41,436 bases of DNA from Fibrobacterales bacterium (GCA_051532055.1 JAOPTX010000010.1:126175-167610); one strand, 5' to 3'; shown: positions 18,241-26,720, counted from the stretch's first letter. Notes: generated by a model not told the origin, from the letters alone. A program made the numbers and translations.

Positions 18241-20202
18241 TTAAAACTTCCATCCCATATTCACACTCCCACTATACAGTGCAAATCCAGTATCAAGGTG
18301 ATTATAATATTGGTACCCACCTCCAACAGTGAATATAATATAGGTTCCGAGGGGATTAATAAGAAACTTCATCTGAACTTCACCTTGTGCTTTAAAGGTG
18401 TCGAATTTATTTTCATATCCCTGTGGGCCATTTATTGCAAAATCATAAGAGAGTGGAAACCCGAGTTGTAAAAATACCGGAGAGATTAATGAGTACTGAG
18501 GCATTCCAGGGACGACATCTTCATCTATAATTCGATATAATACATGTCCAAAAATTTGGTTGTACTGAAGAGCGTCTTTGTTAGACCAGAGTGCGTAATC
18601 CTCTACATATGGTTTTGTGTAAAAGAAAGTGTATTGCAGTTGAAGGTCAAAATTGCCAATCCCTTTGAGGTTGGTACCAACATAAACATCGGTATTTTGA
18701 ACAATGGACCTAGACGAATCAAGACTATTAGTAATGACCGTCTGAATACTATCTCTATAGTTCTTGCTTTCTTCGAGTGAGTCAAGTGTCTGTTGTAGAG
18801 CCATATCACCATTATTAATGAGTTGTTTTACCTCTTTGGTTGCTCTCTGAAGTATGCCATCATCAACGGCCCACCAGCGCTCTGAATCAAACATAATGCC
18901 GGTATACCAGTGCCAACCTCGTGTATATTGAGCTTTCTTTTTAAAAGGGAACCGTATGGGGGTGTAAAGGGCATAATCTACTTTAATACCTGCCATGTAT
19001 CGGTCGCGCTCAAGAGTAACCCCTGGGGTGATGTGCTTTTGAGCATCTGGTTGCCAGTTTACAGAGGTGGGGTAGGTGTAGTCTTGAATGTTTTGATTCA
19101 TATAAAAGAGTTCCAGTTGCAGCTTGTTGGGGCCAATAAAACGCGAAAGCTTCATCTTGGTATCAAACTGCATGGTGTACCCTTTTGACTCAGGAAACCA
19201 TTCGATAAAGCCTTTGTTCATCTGAGATGTTACTCCGGCCTCCCAGTAGAGGTCAAAGAGTGGGTAGAAATCAAAACTTCTGTGAAGAAGAAGTCCATAA
19301 TCTTGGCTGGTGATAGTGTTGAAATCGTGCCAGTTATTAAGCTTGTCAGAAGGTGCTGTACTGTTGAGTAACATTGCACTCGAAACCATGCCATTGGTGA
19401 TGGAAACCTGTTTAATATATGCATCAATACTGATGATAGGGTGACGGAGCCGGGTCCGTATCAAGCGGGTGTGAATATCAGAGCCGTTGTTGTGTGTTGC
19501 AATACGTTCAAGGTCTTGTTGAGTGAGCGTGTCTCTCCAGAGTGCGTCTCTGACCCAGAGAGCTTCACTTGCACGGCTCCGTGCATAATCTGGTTTGTCA
19601 AATTCACTGAGACCATGAGTAAAGCGGTCGATATATGTTATAAAAAGGTTGGGGAGCATGTAGTCTGATACATCAAGGTGCTTATTGCGTATAGACCATG
19701 TCCACGGAGTGAGAGCAATACCATCCTCTTGATACATTTTACTGTACCCTCTTTGGATCCAGCTAAAAAGGTTTGCGTCTACTTCAGATAGTGAATCAAG
19801 TGAGCCACCATACTTATTTCTTAATTTTGTAATTGCATTTAGATAGTGACACTTACCTTTTTCTCGCAGGGGGACCATTGGTCCGCGAACTTGCGTTATA
19901 TAGTTGGCATACCACAACTCCCAACCTGGTTCAGTAGGGTCAAGGGCTATTGCTTTTTCGTAGTACTCAGATGCACGTGAGTCTCCGAGGCGTTTCATTA
20001 ATTCGGCAACAACGCAGACCTGTTGGCCTACCAGTTGGTCTTCAATTTTTAATTGAGCTTCTACAAACACTTCAGCATCTATAAGGTCGGCACTTTTAAA
20101 AATTCCTTCGGCCTCACCATAGCAAGAGAATGAATTTGCAAATATTGTTTGAGTTGTCATTGTAAGGGTAAAGAGGGTGAGTAATAGAGTAACGTTTTTC
20201 AT
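18241..20202 (-). CDS. Unknown secreted protein, probable outer-membrane TPR + beta-barrel protein (copy 2)
   Basis: Shares long identical blocks with 13528..15531 (FANSFSCYGEAEG, EPGWELWYANY, GLSEFDKPDYARSRASEA, YTRGWHWY, GYENKFDT); ends GWKF. TAATG overlap with the upstream lipoprotein gene. Confidence 0.65.
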   Translation of the reverse strand: MKNVTLLLTLFTLTMTTQTIFANSFSCYGEAEGIFKSADLIDAEVFVEAQLKIEDQLVGQQVCVVAELMKRLGDSRASEYYEKAIALDPTEPGWELWYANYITQVRGPMVPLREKGKCHYLNAITKLRNKYGGSLDSLSEVDANLFSWIQRGYSKMYQEDGIALTPWTWSIRNKHLDVSDYMLPNLFITYIDRFTHGLSEFDKPDYARSRASEALWVRDALWRDTLTQQDLERIATHNNGSDIHTRLIRTRLRHPIISIDAYIKQVSITNGMVSSAMLLNSTAPSDKLNNWHDFNTITSQDYGLLLHRSFDFYPLFDLYWEAGVTSQMNKGFIEWFPESKGYTMQFDTKMKLSRFIGPNKLQLELFYMNQNIQDYTYPTSVNWQPDAQKHITPGVTLERDRYMAGIKVDYALYTPIRFPFKKKAQYTRGWHWYTGIMFDSERWWAVDDGILQRATKEVKQLINNGDMALQQTLDSLEESKNYRDSIQTVITNSLDSSRSIVQNTDVYVGTNLKGIGNFDLQLQYTFFYTKPYVEDYALWSNKDALQYNQIFGHVLYRIIDEDVVPGMPQYSLISPVFLQLGFPLSYDFAINGPQGYENKFDTFKAQGEVQMKFLINPLGTYIIFTVGGGYQYYNHLDTGFALYSGSVNMGWKF

Positions 20203-21203
20203 TAGATGTCCTCTGGAGTTATGTCGTTAAATGTTGCGTTGTCTCCAATCATTTCTTCGTCAGTATACATAAGGCTATCGAGATTAAATTCTAGCCGATA
20301 TCCGGGCACTACAATTTGAGTTACAGATGTTGCTGTAAGCCAACCGAAGGCATTATACTGGGTTTGACTGGTTGAATCAGTAGCATAACCGGTGAGTTGC
20401 CTATCACAATCTAAGTCGAATTCACTACAGTGATAACCGGTTTGCTCACGGAGGGCCATTTCATATTTATGCCATTTAGTATCAAGGGCAACTTGCTGTG
20501 AGTTAAACCATGCACTTTGCAGTGGGTAACTGGTGAATCCAGAATAGGTTGTTTCATTGGTCTCATTGCCAACAACAAGATTCAAATGTCTAAGCCAGTC
20601 ACATTCGCCGACCTCTATAAATTGAGGGTTTTCTGTACAAGCTTTAAGTGTGTCAATGTTAGTAGTGCCTCTCAACCAAAAGGTTACTTTTTTGGCGGTA
20701 TTTTTAATTTTAAAATTTACGGGACGTTCAGCTCCTTGTGCATCAGTACCCCAGTTAGCATCATTGAGCCAGTACATGCCCACATATAATGTATCACTTA
20801 TTGAATGGTAGTTAATGGTATTACAGAGTTTACTGTCTGGGGTATACGTGCTTGATTTATCTGTATGAATGGGCTCTGAATTTTGACAGGTACCTTTGGA
20901 AAGGTGCATTTCAAACTCAGGATTATCTTTGCTTAATGTGTTGTTGGCATAGCGAGGGTTCAACCAGCCTTCTGGTATAAAGTAATGATCTGCCATAAAA
21001 GGTGGGGTTATGACGGGTATTTTTTCTTGATTGCTATTGTAAGTACTGTCTTCTGGAATGGTTCCATCAGGAGCTGCGATTCTTTTGTCGATGGATGTGA
21101 GCTGATACGGTCCTCCTCCAGGCTCTGTAAAGAGCGGAGCTTCATAACATGATGAAAGGAAGAGAACAATTGCAGTTGTAGCAAAAGCTTTTAACATATT
21201 CAT
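20202..21203 (-). CDS. Lipoprotein with CBM-like domain (copy 2)
   Basis: Lipobox LSSC; FIPEGW, YVGMYW..ANWG, AKKVTFWLRG, LDTKWHKYEM and FNLDSLMY. Paralog of 15542..16600. Confidence 0.65.
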   Translation of the reverse strand: MNMLKAFATTAIVLFLSSCYEAPLFTEPGGGPYQLTSIDKRIAAPDGTIPEDSTYNSNQEKIPVITPPFMADHYFIPEGWLNPRYANNTLSKDNPEFEMHLSKGTCQNSEPIHTDKSSTYTPDSKLCNTINYHSISDTLYVGMYWLNDANWGTDAQGAERPVNFKIKNTAKKVTFWLRGTTNIDTLKACTENPQFIEVGECDWLRHLNLVVGNETNETTYSGFTSYPLQSAWFNSQQVALDTKWHKYEMALREQTGYHCSEFDLDCDRQLTGYATDSTSQTQYNAFGWLTATSVTQIVVPGYRLEFNLDSLMYTDEEMIGDNATFNDITPEDI

Positions 21204-21325
21204 TGTGTACCCTTAGTGTATTGTGTGCGTGTGTGTATGTTGTGTATGGCCAAATAAATAAGTAATTCAAAAAGAAAAGGCTAGTAAAATATGGTTTACC
21301 CTGTGCTCTTTGAGGCCTTATTCCT

Positions 21326-21347
21326 GCTTGTAAACAGCTTGTAAACA
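21326..21347. promoter_or_regulatory. Tandem direct repeat GCTTGTAAACA x2, candidate operator in the divergent promoter region
   Basis: Perfect 11-bp direct repeat (one helical turn) near the centre of the 266-bp divergent intergenic region. Confidence 0.45.
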
Positions 21348-21385
21348 GATTGTGCAAGAAGGGGTGTTCTACAAGAAAGTGACGT

Positions 21386-21414
21386 TTGCGAATTGAAGGG
21401 TCTGAACGTATCTT
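21386..21414 (+). promoter_or_regulatory. Sigma-70-type promoter of GH16 copy 2
   Basis: TTGCGA-N17-TATCTT, ending 55 bp upstream of ATG 21470. Confidence 0.5.
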
Positions 21415-21469
21415 TAACACCACACACAATGCACACATATTTATACATATATAATCGAGGGGATTAAGA

Positions 21470-22723
21470 ATGAAATTAAGACAGTGGTTTATTACATCGG
21501 TATTGATGTTGGTAGGATCGCAATTGATGTTTGTAGGATGTCAAAGTGCAGGTAATACAACTCCAGAAACAAGTGACTCAAGTTTTGAAGAATCTTCAGA
21601 CGCAATGGTTTCATCTGATGCTATACCTGATGGTAGCGATATTCTTTCATCTGATGCAGTTGTAGAATCTTCAGAAGAAGGTGATGAATCTTCAGATGCG
21701 AACGATGTTTCGTCAGAAGCAGTTGTAGAATCTTCGGACGAACGTGATGAATCTTCAGATGTGAGTGATGTATCATCAGAAGCAGTTATAGAATCATCGG
21801 AAGAAAATGGAGAATCATCTGATGGCGCTGATAGTTCTGAAGACACTGTTTCTGAATGTGTACCCCCTGAAGTTGATGGGGGCGCATACGATACTTATGA
21901 TGGGTTTACTCTAGTTATTGCAGATGAGTTTGATTCTTTTGATGACTGTATGTGGACTAAAACATATGGAAGTTGGACAGATAATGACGTGTTGTTTATG
22001 CCGGAAAATGTTTCAGTAGAAGACGGAAAGCTTCTTCTTAATATGACCCGTGATAACCCTAAAGGTGGCATTGCGTGGGATCAAAGAACAGTACGTGACC
22101 CAAGAGGAAAAATTGTGGGCTCAAAAGATTTCTCTTCAGGAGAAGTGCGCTCACATAGAGAGTATAAATATGGTCGATTTGTATCTTCTTTTAGGTCTGA
22201 AGCGCCGAATCACATTTCTACAATGTTCTTATATAATATTCCAAGTGATAGTATTTGGTTAGAAATTGATATTGAAGTTATGACTAATCATCCTGGTAAA
22301 CCAACATCTAATCTTCTGATAGATTGGGATGGGGCTCAAAATTATAATGATCTTATTAAAGATGGTAATGATGATTTGATTCAAGCAGCGAACGGTGTCG
22401 AAGATGCTGCCCACAATGAATTTCATGAATATATGATTGAGTGGACTCCAGATAGAGTTGCTTGGTTTATTGATGGTGTTCAGTTTCGTGAAATTACTGA
22501 TAAAACACTTATACCAGATGAAGGTATTCATATTATGTTTAACTTCTGGTTACTCACAGCATTATCTGGTGCAACTCAAGATGGCTATCTAGAAAATGGT
22601 GAGTACGCATCAACTGAGTATGAATACTTCCGTTATTATAAGTGGGATGGTGAGGATGATTATGAAGAGCCGGCTTGGTGTGGCGATAGAACATGGAATG
22701 ATGCACAAGGTAAGTGCGAATAA
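21470..22723 (+). CDS. GH16 glycoside hydrolase lipoprotein with repetitive Ser/Glu/Asp linker
   Basis: Lipobox FVGC; DEFD, SGEVRS..YKYGRF, catalytic WLEIDIE, FHEYMIEWTPDRVAWFIDG and YEYFRYY. Confidence 0.92.
   Translation: MKLRQWFITSVLMLVGSQLMFVGCQSAGNTTPETSDSSFEESSDAMVSSDAIPDGSDILSSDAVVESSEEGDESSDANDVSSEAVVESSDERDESSDVSDVSSEAVIESSEENGESSDGADSSEDTVSECVPPEVDGGAYDTYDGFTLVIADEFDSFDDCMWTKTYGSWTDNDVLFMPENVSVEDGKLLLNMTRDNPKGGIAWDQRTVRDPRGKIVGSKDFSSGEVRSHREYKYGRFVSSFRSEAPNHISTMFLYNIPSDSIWLEIDIEVMTNHPGKPTSNLLIDWDGAQNYNDLIKDGNDDLIQAANGVEDAAHNEFHEYMIEWTPDRVAWFIDGVQFREITDKTLIPDEGIHIMFNFWLLTALSGATQDGYLENGEYASTEYEYFRYYKWDGEDDYEEPAWCGDRTWNDAQGKCE
21647..21835 (+). repeat. Three imperfect 63-bp (21-aa) tandem repeats in the GH16 linker
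   Basis: SSDAVVESSEEGDESSDANDV / SSEAVVESSDERDESSDVSDV / SSEAVIESSEENGESSDGADS; also visible in the DNA (gcagttgtagaatcttc...gatgaatcttcagatg). Confidence 0.85.
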
Positions 22724-22749
22724 AAATATTTAGTTGTTTGAAGATTTTT

Positions 22750-22780
22750 AAGCCTCTCGGGATTCCGAGGGGCTTTTTTT
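22750..22780 (+). terminator. Rho-independent terminator
   Basis: AAGCCTCTCGG-GATT-CCGAGGGGCTT followed by a T-run. Confidence 0.85.
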
Positions 22781-22958
22781 GCTTTTTACTTATTAATTAC
22801 ACTGAGTTCAATATTCAAATGATGGCATAAGTTGGTTTATTTAGTGTGAGTATAGGTTTAATGAAGTTCATAATGTAAAAAACACATAAAGTCTATTGTT
22901 AGGGCACAATTCTTAATTTATATTTATCTCACACATATACATTTTTATCGGGGTAGAG

Positions 22959-24197
22959 ATGACACACATACGTTTGCTGTTACTAACATCAATTACATCA
23001 TTTTTTTTAGTGGGGTGCCTCGGGGCGGATCCTGCTGATTCGTCTTCTGTTGGGGGGTCAAGTGAAGAAGTGCTCTCATCTGAGGAATCTTCTGAAAGTT
23101 CCGAAGGAATTACCATGGATAGTTCTGGGGAAGAGTCATCAGAAGGTGGGAGCTCTGAATCTAAGCCTTCCGAGGTTAGTAGTTCAAGTGTCGTTGTTGA
23201 ATCAAGTAGTAAAGAATTGTCTAGTGAGGGAGCCTCTTCAATAGTGATGTCGAGTGAGGAAAATTCGTCCGGGACAGTATCGACTGATGAAAGCTCTTCC
23301 GACGTAATGTCAAGTGAAGCTGTTGTAGATACAGATATGCCGATGTATGATGACTTTACGTTTGTATTTGAAGATGAATTCGATACATTTGATGACTCAA
23401 TGTGGGAAAAGTCTGATGGTGGCTGGATGGATAATGAATCTAATTTTGAAGTAGAAAATACAGATGTTAATGATGGTAAAATGGTTCTTACAATGAGACG
23501 AGATAACCCATCGGAAAAAGTTTCGTGGTCGCAACGAAATACGAGGAATCCAGATGGGAAAGAAGTAATTGAGCGAGTTTTTTCTTCAGGAGAATTACGG
23601 TCACATAGGCAATATTTGTATGGACGATTTGTAGCGCCGATTAAAGTATCAGATAATGCTGAGTATTACCTTTCTACAATGTTTCTCTACCGAGTGCCAA
23701 GTGATGACCGGTGGTTGGAAATAGATATTGAGCTCATGAGTGGGAATAAGGATCGTCCGACGACAAATATGCTTATCGATTGGGATGGAGCTGAGAATTG
23801 GGCCCACTTAGTCTATGGGGGAGATGCTTCTGACTTTAATGGGGCAAAAGGTTTTGAAGAGTTTGTTAAAATTGAAGATAAAGTTTTTGTCCATACAGAA
23901 ACTCATGAGTATGCAATTGAGTGGACACCAGATAGGATAGCATGGTATATAGATGATGTGCTGATAAGAGAGTTTACAAATAAAGATCAGATTCCTAATG
24001 AGCCAATGCATATAATGTTTAACTTCTGGATTTTTGGACCACTGACAGGTAATTATCCTGCTGACTATTTGGATGGGGGAATTGAGCCAACTACTGAGTA
24101 TGAGTATTTCCGTTATTATAAATGGAATGGTGAAGATGAGTATGAGCATCCAGCATGGTGTGGTAATAAAACGTGGAATGGTACTCGTTGTGAATAA
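22959..24197 (+). CDS. GH16 glycoside hydrolase lipoprotein (close paralog of 21470..22723)
   Basis: Lipobox LVGC; Ser-rich linker; SGELRS..YLYGRF, WLEIDIE and HEYAIEWTPDRIAWYID. Shares the C-terminal PAWCG..TWN...CE with copy 2. Confidence 0.92.
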   Translation: MTHIRLLLLTSITSFFLVGCLGADPADSSSVGGSSEEVLSSEESSESSEGITMDSSGEESSEGGSSESKPSEVSSSSVVVESSSKELSSEGASSIVMSSEENSSGTVSTDESSSDVMSSEAVVDTDMPMYDDFTFVFEDEFDTFDDSMWEKSDGGWMDNESNFEVENTDVNDGKMVLTMRRDNPSEKVSWSQRNTRNPDGKEVIERVFSSGELRSHRQYLYGRFVAPIKVSDNAEYYLSTMFLYRVPSDDRWLEIDIELMSGNKDRPTTNMLIDWDGAENWAHLVYGGDASDFNGAKGFEEFVKIEDKVFVHTETHEYAIEWTPDRIAWYIDDVLIREFTNKDQIPNEPMHIMFNFWIFGPLTGNYPADYLDGGIEPTTEYEYFRYYKWNGEDEYEHPAWCGNKTWNGTRCE

Positions 24198-24230
24198 ATA
24201 GCATTACTAATCATTACTTAAATTAACTAT

Positions 24231-24260
24231 AAGGGCCTTAATCTATGGAGGCTCTTTTTT
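24231..24260 (+). terminator. Probable terminator
   Basis: AAGGGCCTT...GAGGCTCTT imperfect stem followed by a T-run. Confidence 0.5.
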
Positions 24261-24422
24261 ATAGGTGCTTTGGTTGCAATGAGTTTCTGTAAATAGCTAT
24301 TTACAAATCACAGTGTAAATCTCTGTTAGCTACAATTGTAAACTTATCATTTTGTACCAAGTACTTTTAAGCGGGTGTTAGCTCAGTAAGTTATAGTGGG
24401 TGTATCAATATTAAAATTTTTG

Positions 24423-26720
24423 TTAATCTTTGATACATCTTACATATTGCTGTAAAAACTCGTCTAAAGAATTTGATGAAATTGATATTTTAGATAGTTG
24501 TACTATATATATACTATGCTGGGAACCCATGGGGGCGTTGTCAGAAGTGGTCCACCAATATTCGTTTGTGTTGATACCCTCCCAGGCTAAGCGAGTTATA
24601 AAATATCCCCCTAATTTTACAGAAAATCCAGTGGTATTAGTTTCATGTAGGATGTACTGTTGCCCGCTGGGTCCTGCAAAATCAATTAATTGGGTCCACT
24701 CGTTTTTGCTCGGTAAATGCCAGTTGTTTGGGCAGATACCTTGAATGTTACTTGGGGTGTCATTGGAACCTCTTACACCAGATACGACAGGATGTGTATA
24801 GGGGGTGTACTTTTGGCCGGTGATTGCTGTAGGCCAATAATACATTCGGCCATGTATATTACAGTTGCTTGAGCGGCTTTCATAACAAAAAGAACTAATG
24901 GTGTCGTAGATAGAGTAATTTAAGTTCTCCGCCATCCAAATTTGTTCACCAATTCTCACCCATTTATAAATTTGACTATCTCGTGAGTCGGGAAATTCAC
25001 CATTAATGAGTTCAGTATATTCAGCGGTAACCATAGTATTCGTATAACAACTATACGTAATAGACTGGCCAGTAGCACCAGGGATAGTACAGTCTTTATC
25101 ATCAAATTCCCAGTGAGAAAATTCATACCCAAATGGGGCGTCAGGTGCAGTGATTTGATGAGGGGCTTGGTACTTCACCGAGGCAGTTTCACTAAAAAAG
25201 TTGGACGGTGTAGAGTTAAAGGTTACGGTAAAGAGCTTTCGAGTATATTGGGCGATCACTTGGCCTTCACCTGATTTTTTGAAACCAATAGTAGAGCCCG
25301 AGACATCTGCATTGGATTCTTCTACGAGAGTTGAGAAGGTGAATCCCCAAGCGGCTGTTGTGGTAATGCTCTTTGGGGCGTCATCCTCTTTAATGGTAAC
25401 AGAAGAAGGAATCTCGTCGGATACATCCGCGCAGTTAATATCGATGTTATCAGCTTGACAGGTAATAGATATAGTCGTTTGTGGGATAGTAATTTCGTTA
25501 AATGTTACTGTTGCAGTGAGGACAGGTTTTACAAAGGCGCCGTCCTGTATTCCTGTAATAATGTGCTCACTGAGTTCTAGATCATCGGAGGTGTAATCAG
25601 GGTCACAATATTCATCGATATCCGTTTCAATAATGACGTTGTCGCTATCCATAGTATAAGAGAGTGTTTCATTACTCACTGTTCCACAGGTACCTTTGGC
25701 AGAAACAACAATAGTGTAGGCCTTAGGCGTAAATATTGCGTCTATGACCTCATTCTTTGTACAGCCTATTTTGGTGTTGAGTGCATTGGTTTCATATTTA
25801 AGAGAACACCCTGGTCCACTATCCCACTCTTTAAATTCATAGCCATCAGGGGCAATGGGTTCAATAGAGAGTTTGATTTCTGTTTCTTCATTAATTGAAA
25901 TAGATTCAGTTTCATTGGAGCCCTTGTTGACCGTAATAGTATAGGTGTTTACTTCTTCAGATGAACTTAAATAACTCGACGACGACTTTAAATCAAGCTG
26001 AGGATTGGAGCTTGAAGAGTTAGTGTCTTCAACAAAAGAGCTTTCAGGGGTGACTTCTTCTGATGAATAGGGTTCAGTCGGTTGGTCTTGCGAACTTCTT
26101 CCAGATTCGTCAAGCTCTTCATTTTCAACCTCTTCTTCGCTAGAAAAAAGTTCAGAGGATTGGTGTTGTTGATTGGGCTCTTCAGCGAGTAAGGTGCCTA
26201 AGGTATTTAATCGATTTAATTGGTTTAGGTCTGACCCGAAAATTTCCTCGAGTTCCTCTTGGTTGTCATTATCTTCGAGGAAATCTATGAGGTTCGAAAT
26301 TCGCTCCTTCTTCATTGCTTTTTCGTGTTTTTCTAAAAATGCAATGTTTTCAGTAAAGCTGTGGCTATTGGACTGGGACTTTTTAATTCTATTCTTTGAA
26401 ATTGTTCGAGTTATTGTAGTGGTAGGGAGTCCATAAGACTTACAGATTATTTCGACAGTACTTGGTTTTTCTTCAGAGTTAGGGATGTCGAAGGTTATCT
26501 CAATTGAGGAATCATCACTTTCAAAGTCGTCTTTGGAGGTGAATATGTGACTTGTGGTTTCGTTTATTGAAACTTCTACAGTATGGATTGGTAGGTCGGT
26601 ATCATTCTCGATATCAACTTGGTACTCCTGAAAGTCGGGAGTTGGGCTGTAATCCATGCAGCTTTGAGTAAAAAAGAGAGCATAACAGACAATAAATAGC
26701 GTCATTAATGGACGATTCAT
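24423..26720 (-). CDS. FISUMP (Fibrobacter succinogenes major paralogous domain) lipoprotein with InlB-B/Flg_new-like repeats
   Basis: Likely start ATG 26720 (AGGAG RBS; lipobox TQSC); Ser-rich linker; APDGYEFKEW and APFGYEFSHW repeats; C-terminal DSRDSQIYKWVRIGEQIWMAENLNY..GICPNNWHLPS..EW..WWT..VRCIKD. Confidence 0.88.
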   Translation of the reverse strand: MNRPLMTLFIVCYALFFTQSCMDYSPTPDFQEYQVDIENDTDLPIHTVEVSINETTSHIFTSKDDFESDDSSIEITFDIPNSEEKPSTVEIICKSYGLPTTTITRTISKNRIKKSQSNSHSFTENIAFLEKHEKAMKKERISNLIDFLEDNDNQEELEEIFGSDLNQLNRLNTLGTLLAEEPNQQHQSSELFSSEEEVENEELDESGRSSQDQPTEPYSSEEVTPESSFVEDTNSSSSNPQLDLKSSSSYLSSSEEVNTYTITVNKGSNETESISINEETEIKLSIEPIAPDGYEFKEWDSGPGCSLKYETNALNTKIGCTKNEVIDAIFTPKAYTIVVSAKGTCGTVSNETLSYTMDSDNVIIETDIDEYCDPDYTSDDLELSEHIITGIQDGAFVKPVLTATVTFNEITIPQTTISITCQADNIDINCADVSDEIPSSVTIKEDDAPKSITTTAAWGFTFSTLVEESNADVSGSTIGFKKSGEGQVIAQYTRKLFTVTFNSTPSNFFSETASVKYQAPHQITAPDAPFGYEFSHWEFDDKDCTIPGATGQSITYSCYTNTMVTAEYTELINGEFPDSRDSQIYKWVRIGEQIWMAENLNYSIYDTISSFCYESRSSNCNIHGRMYYWPTAITGQKYTPYTHPVVSGVRGSNDTPSNIQGICPNNWHLPSKNEWTQLIDFAGPSGQQYILHETNTTGFSVKLGGYFITRLAWEGINTNEYWWTTSDNAPMGSQHSIYIVQLSKISISSNSLDEFLQQYVRCIKD

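Noticed and set aside
13528..21203. Calling the OM protein/lipoprotein pairs SusC/SusD
   Set aside because: No TonB-box/plug or SusC motifs are visible, the proteins are much shorter than SusC, and the lipoproteins are beta-rich rather than SusD-like helical.
21647..21835. CRISPR-like periodicity
   Set aside because: These are in-frame coding repeats without unique spacers, and there are no cas genes.
22902..22917. Sigma-54 promoter before GH16 copy 3 (GGGCAC-AATTC-TTAA)
   Set aside because: It lacks the essential -12 GC.
16917..26436. Alternative-frame ORFs over Ser-rich linkers and other CDSs (e.g. 16917..17201, 21541..21846, 25201..25458, 26173..26436)
   Set aside because: These are shadow ORFs of well-supported genes, with no RBS or motifs.
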